Assembly: GCA_964057225.1 (NCBI GenBank)
Contig: OZ059900.1
Location: 12,834,001 to 12,898,000 of the forward strand
Direction: 5' to 3'
DNA length: 64,000 nucleotides
Origin: Auanema rhodensis
Lineage: Eukaryota; Animalia; Nematoda
Position 1 is the stretch's first letter, and every line of letters begins with the position of its first letter. The position numbers and the translations under genes were made by a program. Shown one piece after another: positions 54,598 to 64,000 of this stretch. The notes beneath the pieces were generated by a model. The model saw only the letters and a program-made list of their open reading frames with translations. It did not search any database and was not told the DNA's origin.

Positions 54598-57500
54598 ATA
54601 ATTTAGTCTCAATAATAAGAGTTAAAACATAACTAATATAAAACAGAAACCAAATAGTCTATAAATATGAAACATACGTGACAGTTATCTGTTGAAGTTA
54701 AATAGGATTCCATTGTTAAGTTTACTTCAAATTTTAGTTTACTTATCATAAATTAATTCAAGTAATCAGAAGAGATTCTGATTTATTTTCAATTAGATTC
54801 TTAGTTATCTTCTTAGTTACAATACTCATTCGTTAAAACTATCAATATTTGATATATTATATATGTAATAGATATACATTCATCATAAACAATACTTTTT
54901 AACAAAATCTTTTCACAATTTATTATTTTACAGAAATCAACAACAGAAAAGAAAAATAATTTAGTCTCAATAATAAGAGTTAAAACATAACTAATATAAA
55001 ACAGAAACCAAATAGTCTATAAATATGAAACATACGTGACAGTTATCTGTTGAAGTTAAATAGGATTCCATTGTTAAGTTTACTTCAAATTTTAGTTTAC
55101 TTATCATAAATTAATTCAAGTAATCAGAAGAGATTCTGATTTATTTTCAATTAGATTCTTAGTTATCTTCTTAGTTACAATACTCATTCGTTAAAACTAT
55201 CAATATTTGATATATTATATATGTAATAGATATACATTCATCATAAACAATACTTTTTAACAAAATCTTTTCACAATTTATTATTTTACAGAAATCAACA
55301 ACAGAAAAGAAAAATAATTTAGTCTCAATAATAAGAGTTAAAACATAACTAATATAAAACAGAAACCAAATAGTCTATAGATATGAAACATACGTGACAG
55401 TTATCTGTTGAAGTTAAATAGGATTCCATTGTTAAGTTTACTTCAAATTTTAGTTTACTTATCATAAATTAATTCAAGTAATCAGAAGAGATTCTGATTT
55501 ATTTTCAATTAGATTCTTAGTTATCTTCTTAGTTACAATACTCATTCGTTAAAACTATCAATATTTGATATATTATATATGTAATAGATATACATTCATC
55601 ATAAACAATACTTTTTAACAAAATCTTTTCACAATTTATTATTTTACAGAAATCAACAACAGAAAAGAAAAATAATTTAGTCTCAATAATAAGAGTTAAA
55701 ACATAACTAATATAAAACAGAAACCAAATAGTCTATAAATATGAAACATACGTGACAGTTATCTGTTGAAGTTAAATAGGATTCCATTGTTAAGTTTACT
55801 TCAAATTTTAGTTTACTTATCATAAATTAATTCAAGTAATCAGAAGAGATTCTGATTTATTTTCAATTAGATTCTTAGTTATCTTCTTAGTTACAATACT
55901 CATTCGTTAAAACTATCAATATTTGATATATTATATATGTAATAGATATACATTCATCATAAACAATACTTTTTAACAAAATCTTTTCACAATTTATTAT
56001 TTTACAGAAATCAACAACAGAAAAGAAAAATAATTTAGTCTCAATAATAAGAGTTAAAACATAACTAATATAAAACAGAAACCAAATAGTCTATAAATAT
56101 GAAACATACGTGACAGTTATCTGTTGAAGTTAAATAGGATTCCATTGTTAAGTTTACTTCAAATTTTAGTTTACTTATCATAAATTAATTCAAGTAATCA
56201 GAAGAGATTCTGATTTATTTTCAATTAGATTCTTAGTTATCTTCTTAGTTACAATACTCATTCGTTAAAACTATCAATATTTGATATATTATATATGTAA
56301 TAGATATACATTCATCATAAACAATACTTTTTAACAAAATCTTTTCACAATTTATTATTTTACAGAAATCAACAACAGAAAAGAAAAATAATTTAGTCTC
56401 AATAATAAGAGTTAAAACATAACTAATATAAAACAGAAACCAATTAGTCTATAAATATGAAACATACGTGACAGTTATCTGTTGAAGTTAAATAGGATTC
56501 CATTGTTAAGTTTACTTCAAATTTTAGTTTACTTATCATAAATTAATTCAAGTAATCAGAAGAGATTCTGATTTATTTTCAATTAGATTCTTAGTTATCT
56601 TCTTAGTTACAATACTCATTCGTTAAAACTATCAATATTTGATATATTATATATGTAATAGATATACATTCATCATAAACAATACTTTTTAACAAAATCT
56701 TTTCACAATTTATTATTTTACAGAAATCAACAACAGAAAAGAAAAATAATTTAGTCTCAATAATAAGAGTTAAAACATAACTAATATAAAACAGAAACCA
56801 AATAGTCTATAAATATGAAACATACGTGACAGTTATCTGTTGAAGTTAAATAGGATTCCATTGTTAAGTTTACTTCAAATTTTAGTTTAGTTATCATAAA
56901 TTAATTCAAGTAATCAGAAGAGATTCTGATTTATTTTCAATTAGATTCTTAGTTATCTTCTTAGTTACAATACTCATTCGTTAAAACTATCAATATTTGA
57001 TATATTATATATGTAATAGATATACATTCATCATAAACAATACTTTTTAACAAAATCTTTTCACAATTTATTATTTTACAGAAATCAACAACAGAAAAGA
57101 AAAATAATTTAGTCTCAATAATAAGAGTTAAAACATAACTAATATAAAACAGAAACCAATTAGTCTATAAATATGAAACATACGTGACAGTTATCTGTTG
57201 AAGTTAAATAGGATTCCATTGTTAAGTTTACTTCAAATTTTAGTTTACTTATCATAAATTAATTCAAGTAATCAGAAGAGATTCTGATTTATTTTCAATT
57301 AGATTCTTAGTTATCTTCTTAGTTACAATACTCATTCGTTAAAACTATCAATATTTGATATATTATATATGTAATAGATATACATTCATCATAAACAATA
57401 CTGTTTAACAAAATCTTTTCACAATTTATTATTTTACAGAAATCAACAACAGAAAAGAAAAATAATTTAGTCTCAATAATAAGAGTTAAAACATAACTAA

Positions 57501-59251
57501 TATAAAACAGAAACCAAATAGTCTATAAATATGAAACATACGTGACAGTTATCTGTTGAAGTTAATTAGGATTCCATTGTTAAGTTTACTTCAAATTTTA
57601 GTTTACTTATCATAAATTAATTCAAGTAATCAGAAGAGATTCTGATTTATTTTCAATTAGATTCTTAGTTATCTTCTTAGTTACAATACTCATTCGTTAA
57701 AACTATCAATATTTGATATATTATATATGTAATAGATATACATTCATCATAAACAATACTTTTTAACAAAATCTTTTCACAATTTATTATTTTACAGAAA
57801 TCAACAACAGAAAAGAAAAATAATTTAGTCTCAATAATAAGAGTTAAAACATAACTAATATAAAACAGAAACCAAATAGTCTATAAATATGAAACATACG
57901 TGACAGTTATCTGTTGAAGTTAATTAGGATTCCATTGTTAAGTTTACTTCAAATTTTAGTTTACTTATCATAAATTAATTCAAGTAATCAGAAGAGATTC
58001 TGATTTATTTTCAATTAGATTCTTAGTTATCTTCTTAGTTACAATACTCATTCGTTAAAACTATCAATATTTGATATATTATATATGTAATAGATATACA
58101 TTCATCATAAACAATACTTTTTAACAAAATCTTTTCACAATTTATTATTTTACAGAAATCAACAACAGAAAAGAAAAATAATTTAGTCTCAATAATAAGA
58201 GTTAAAACATAACTAATATAAAACAGAAACCAAATAGTCTATAAATATGAAACATACGTGACAGTTATCTGTTGAAGTTAATTAGGATTCCATTGTTAAG
58301 TTTACTTCAAATTTTAGTTTACTTATCATAAATTAATTCAAGTAATCAGAAGAGATTCTGATTTATTTTCAATTAGATTCTTAGTTATCTTCTTAGTTAC
58401 AATACTCATTCGTTAAAACTATCAATATTTGATATATTATATATGTAATAGATATACATTCATCATAAACAATACTTTTTAACAAAATCTTTTCACAATT
58501 TATTATTTTACAGAAATCAACAACAGAAAAGAAAAATAATTTAGTCTCAATAATAAGAGTTAAAACATAACTAATATAAAACAGAAACCAAATAGTCTAT
58601 AAATATGAAACATACGTGACAGTTATCTGTTGAAGTTAATTAGGATTCCATTGTTAAGTTTACTTCAAATTTTAGTTTACTTATCATAAATTAATTCAAG
58701 TAATCAGAAGAGATTCTGATTTATTTTCAATTAGATTCTTAGTTATCTTCTTAGTTACAATACTCATTCGTTAAAACTATCAATATTTGATATATTATAT
58801 ATGTAATAGATATACATTCATCATAAACAATACTTTTTAACAAAATCTTTTCACAATTTATTATTTTACAGAAATCAACAACAGAAAAGAAAAATAATTT
58901 AGTCTCAATAATAAGAGTTAAAACATAACTAATATAAAACAGAAACCAAATAGTCTATAGATATGAAACATACGTGACAGTTATCTGTTGAAGTTAATTA
59001 GGATTCCATTGTTAGGTTTATATCAAATTTCAGTTTACTTATCATAAATTAATTCAAGTAATCAGAAGAGATTCTGATTTATTTTCAATTAGATTCTTAG
59101 TTATCTTCTTAGTTACAATACTCATTCGTTAAAACTATCAATATTTGATATATTATATATGTAATAGATATACATTCATCATAAACAATACTTTTTAACA
59201 AAATCTTTTCACAATTTATTATTTTACAGAAATCAACAACAGAAAAGAAAA

Positions 59252-62200
59252 ATAATTTAGTCTCAATAATAAGAGTTAAAACATAACTAATATAAAACAG
59301 AAACCAAATAAGCTATAGATATGAAACATACGTGACAGTTATGTGTTGAAGTTAATTAGGATTCCATTGTTAAGTTTACTTCAAATTTTAGTTTTTTTAT
59401 CATAAATTAATTCAAGTAATCAGAAGAGATTCTGATTTATTTTCAATTAGATTCTTAGTTATCTTCTTAGTTTCAAAACTCATTCGTTAAAACTATCAAT
59501 ATTTGATATATTATATATGTAATAGATATACATTCATCATAAACAATACTTTTTAACAAAATCTTTTCACAATTTATTATTTTACAGAAATCAACAACAG
59601 AAAAGAAAAATAATTTAGTCTCAATAATAAGAGTTAAAACATAACTAATATAAAACAGAAACCAAATAAGCTATAGATATGAAACATACGTGACAGTTAT
59701 GTGTTGAAGTTAATTAGGATTCCATTGTTAAGTTTACTTCAAATTTTAGTTTTTTTATCATAAATTAATTCAAGTAATCAGAAGAGATTCTGATTTATTT
59801 TCAATTAGATTCTTAGTTATCTTCTTAGTTACAATACTCATTCGTTAAAACTATCAATATTTGATATATTATATATGTAATAGATATACATTCATCATAA
59901 ACAATACTTTTTAACAAAATCTTTTCACAATTTATTATTTTACAGAAATCAACAACAGAAAAGAAAAATAATTTAGTCTCAATAATAAGAGTTAAAACAT
60001 AACTAATATAAAACAGAAACCAAATAGTCTATAGATATGAAACATACGTGACAGTTATCTGTTGAAGTTAATTAGGATTCCATTGTTAGGTTTATATCAA
60101 ATTTTAGTTTACTTATCATAAATTAATTCAAGTAATCAGAAGAGATTCTGATTTATTTTCAATTAGATTCTTAGTTATCTTCTTAGTTACAATACTCATT
60201 CGTTAAAACTATCAATATTTGATATATTATATATGTAATAGATATACATTCATCATAAACAATACTTTTTAACAAAATCTTTTCACAATTTATTATTTTA
60301 CAGAAATCAACAACAGAAAAGAAAAATAATTTAGTCTCAATAATAAGAGTTAAAACATAACTAATATAAAACAGAAACCAAATAGTCTATAGATATGAAA
60401 CATACGTGACAGTTATCTGTTGAAGTTAATTAGGATTCCATTGTTAGGTTTATATCAAATTTTAGTTTACTTATCATAAATTAATTCAAGTAATCAGAAG
60501 AGATTCTGATTTATTTTCAATTAGATTCTTAGTTATCTTCTTAGTTACAATACTCATTCGTTAAAACTATCAATATTTGATATATTATATATGTAATAGA
60601 TATACATTCATCATAAACAATACTTTTTAACAAAATCTTTTCACAATTTATTATTTTACAGAAATCAACAACAGAAAAGAAAAATAATTTAGTCTCAATA
60701 ATAAGAGTTAAAACATAACTAATATAAAACAGAAACCAAATAAGCTATAGATATGAAGCATACGTGACAGTTATGTGTTGAAGTTAATTAGGATTCCATT
60801 GTTAAGTTTACTTCAAATTTTAGTTTTTTTATCATAAATTAATTCAAGTAATCAGAAGAGATTCTGATTTATTTTCAAATTGATTCTTAGTTATCTTCTT
60901 AGTTACAATACTCATTCGTTAAAACTATCAATATTTGATATATTATATATGTAATAGATATACATTCATCATAAACAATACTTTTTAACAAAATCTTTTC
61001 ACAATTTATTATTTTACAGAAATCAACAACAGAAAAGAAAAATAATTTAGTCTCAATAATAAGAGTTAAAACATAACTAATATAAAACAGAAACCAAATA
61101 AGCTATAGATATGAAACATACGTGACAGTTATGTGTTGAAGTTAATTAGGATTCCATTGTTAAGTTTACTTCAAATTTTAGTTTACTTATGATAAATTAA
61201 TTCAAGTAATCAGAAGAGATTCTGATTTATTTTCAATTAGATTCTTAGTTATCTTCTTAGTTACAATACTCATTCGTTAAAACTATCAATATTTGATATA
61301 TTATATATGTAATAGATATACATTCATCATAAACAATACTTTTTAACAAAATCTTTTCACAATTTATTATTTTACAGAAATCAACAACAGAAAAGAAAAA
61401 TAATTTAGTCTCAATAATAAGAGTTAAAACATAACTAATATAAAACAGAAACCAAATAAGCTATAGATATGAAACATACGTGACAGTTATGTGTTGAAGT
61501 TAATTAGGATTCCATTGTTAAGTTTACTTCAAATTTTAGTTTACTTATTATAAATTAATTCAAGTAATCAGAAGAGATTCTGATTTATTTTCAATTAGAT
61601 TCTTAGTTATCTTCTTAGTTACAATACTCATTCGTTAAAACTATCAATATTTGATATATTATATATGTAATAGATATACATTCATCATAAACAATACTTT
61701 TTAACAAAATCTTTTCACAATTTATTATTTTACAGAAATCAACAACAGAAAAGAAAAATAATTTAGTCTCAATAATAAGAGTTAAAACATAACTAATATA
61801 AAACAGAAACCAAATAGTCTATAGATATGAAACATACGTGACAGTTATCTGTTGAAGTTAATTAGGATTCCATTGTTAGGTTTATATCAAATTTCAGTTT
61901 ACTTATCATAAATTAATTCAAGTAATCAGAAGAGATTCTGATTTATTTTCAATTAGATTCTTAGTTATCTTCTTAGTTACAATACTCATTCGTTAAAACT
62001 ATCAATATTTGATATATTATATATGTAGTAGATATACATTCATCATAAACAATACTTTTTAACAAAATCTTTTCACAATTTATTATTTTACAGAAATCAA
62101 CAACAGAAAAGAAAAATAATTTAGTCTCAATAATAAGAGTTAAAACATAACTAATATAAAACAGAAACCAAATAGTCTATAGATATGAAACATACGTGAC

Positions 62201-63905
62201 AGTTATCTGTTGAAGTTAATTAGGATTCCATTGTTAGGTTTATATCAAATTTCAGTTTACTTATCATAAATTAATTCAAGTAATCAGAAGAGATTCTGAT
62301 TTATTTTCAATTAGATTCTTAGTTATCTTCTTAGTTACAATACTCATTCGTTAAAACTATCAATATTTGATATATTATATATGTAATAGATATACATTCA
62401 TCATAAACAATACTTTTTAACAAAATCTTTTCACAATTTATTATTTTACAGAAATCAACAACAGAAAAGAAAAATAATTTAGTCTCAATAATAAGAGTTA
62501 AAACATAACTAATATAAAACAGAAACCAAATAGTCTATAGATATGAAACATACGTGACAGTTATCTGTTGAAGTTAAATAGGATTCCATTGTTAAGTTTA
62601 CTTCAAATTTTAGTTTACTTATCATAAATTAATTCAAGTAATCAGAAGAGATTCTGATTTATTTTCAATTAGATTCTTAGTTATCTTCTTAGTTACAATA
62701 CTCATTCGTTAAAACTATCAATATTTGATATATTATATATGTAATAGATATACATTCATCATAAACAATACTTTTTAACAAAATCTTTTCACAATTTATT
62801 ATTTTACAGAAATCAACAACAGAAAAGAAAAATAATTTAGTCTCAATAATAAGAGTTAAAACATAACTAATATAAAACAGAAACCAAATAAGCTATAGAT
62901 ATGAAACATACGTGACAGTTATCTGTTGAAGTTAATTAGGATTCCATTGTTAGGTTTATATCAAATTTCAGTTTACTTATCATAAATTAATTCAAGTAAT
63001 CAGAAGAGATTCTGATTTATTTTCAATTAGATTCTTAGTTATCTTCTTAGTTACAATACTCATTCGTTAAAACTATCAATATTTGATATATTATATATGT
63101 AATAGATATACATTCATCATAAACAATACTTTTTAACAAAATCTTTTCACAATTTATTATTTTACAGAAATCAACAACAGAAAAGAAAAATAATTTAGTC
63201 TCAATAATAAGAGTTAAAACATAACTAATATAAAACAGAAACCAAATAGTCTATAGATATGAAACATACGTGACAGTTATCTGTTGAAGTTAAATAGGAT
63301 TCCATTGTTAAGTTTACTTCAAATTTTAGTTTACTTATCATAAATTAATTCAAGTAATCAGAAGAGATTCTGATTTATTTTCAATTAGATTCTTAGTTAT
63401 CTTCTTAGTTACAATACTCATTCGTTAAAACTATCAATATTTGATATATTATATATGTAATAGATATACATTCATCATAAACAATACTTTTTAACAAAAT
63501 CTTTTCACAATTTATTATTTTACAGAAATCAACAACAGAAAAGAAAAATAATTTAGTCTCAATAATAAGAGTTAAAACATAACTAATATAAAACAGAAAC
63601 CAAATAAGCTATAGATATGAAACATACGTGACAGTTATCTGTTGAAGTTAATTAGGATTCCATTGTTAGGTTTATATCAAATTTCAGTTTACTTATCATA
63701 AATTAATTCAAGTAATCAGAAGAGATTCTGATTTATTTTCAATTAGATTCTTAGTTATCTTCTTAGTTACAATACTCATTCGTTAAAACTATCAATATTT
63801 GATATATTATATATGTAATAGATATACATTCATCATAAACAATACTTTTTAACAAAATCTTTTCACAATTTATTATTTTACAGAAATCAACAACAGAAAA
63901 GAAAA
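59252..63905 (+). repeat. Copy 2 of the 12-monomer block, with one monomer tandemly doubled (59968 and 60326)
   Basis: Offset from copy 1 is 9308 bp (26 monomers) before the doubled unit and 9666 bp (27 monomers) after it. Confidence 0.88.
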
Positions 63906-64000
63906 ATAATTTAGTCTCAATAATAAGAGTTAAAACATAACTAATATAAAACAGAAACCAAATAGTCTATAGATATGAAACATACGTGACAGTTATCTGT

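Larger units (their letters stand above)
1..64000. repeat. Satellite DNA tandem array, 358-bp AT-rich monomer, about 179 copies, running off both window edges
   Basis: ATAATTTAGTCTCAATAATAAGAG recurs at 1, 359, 717 ... 1791 ... 13963 (period 358). Monomer is about 21% GC. No unique sequence interrupts the array. Confidence 0.99.
30991..64000 (+). repeat. Forward block 2: m354-358, 92 monomers (one of 332 bp), then m1-95
   Basis: Monomer starts at 30996+358n up to 33502, then 33834+358n up to 63906. Confidence 0.97.

Noticed and set aside
1-64000. Protein-coding ORFs or a repeat-protein gene
   Set aside because: TAA/TAG/TGA are abundant on both strands, the period of 358 is not a multiple of 3, and variants show no codon pattern.
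1-64000. CRISPR array
   Set aside because: Whole monomers repeat; there are no unique spacers and no cas genes.

Overview
The whole 64 kb window is one satellite-DNA tandem array: about 179 copies of a 358-bp, very AT-rich monomer (76 G+C in 358 bp, about 21% GC by hand count). Copies differ at only a few positions. I see no supportable protein-coding gene, rRNA/tRNA, transposon or CRISPR array. It looks like eukaryotic (peri)centromeric or heterochromatic satellite, but I do not recognise the family or organism. The array has three orientation blocks: forward 1-14246 (39.8 monomers), inverted 14247-30990 (46.8 monomers) and forward 30991-64000 (92.3 monomers). Both orientation junctions are blunt and are not reciprocal. 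Diagnostic variants define several domains: a left block with its own variant set, a run of 357-bp monomers forming a 3-mer/2-mer higher-order repeat (HOR), 716-bp dimer HORs, one 332-bp monomer with a 26-bp deletion, and a 12-monomer block repeated about 9.3-9.7 kb downstream. The monomer shows traces of an ancient ~179-bp dimer and carries several dyad symmetries, including an 8-bp stem closed by GAGA. The most interesting observations concern array architecture and evolution, not a coding system. 'm' numbers are monomer positions, with m1 = window position 1. All comparisons were made by eye.
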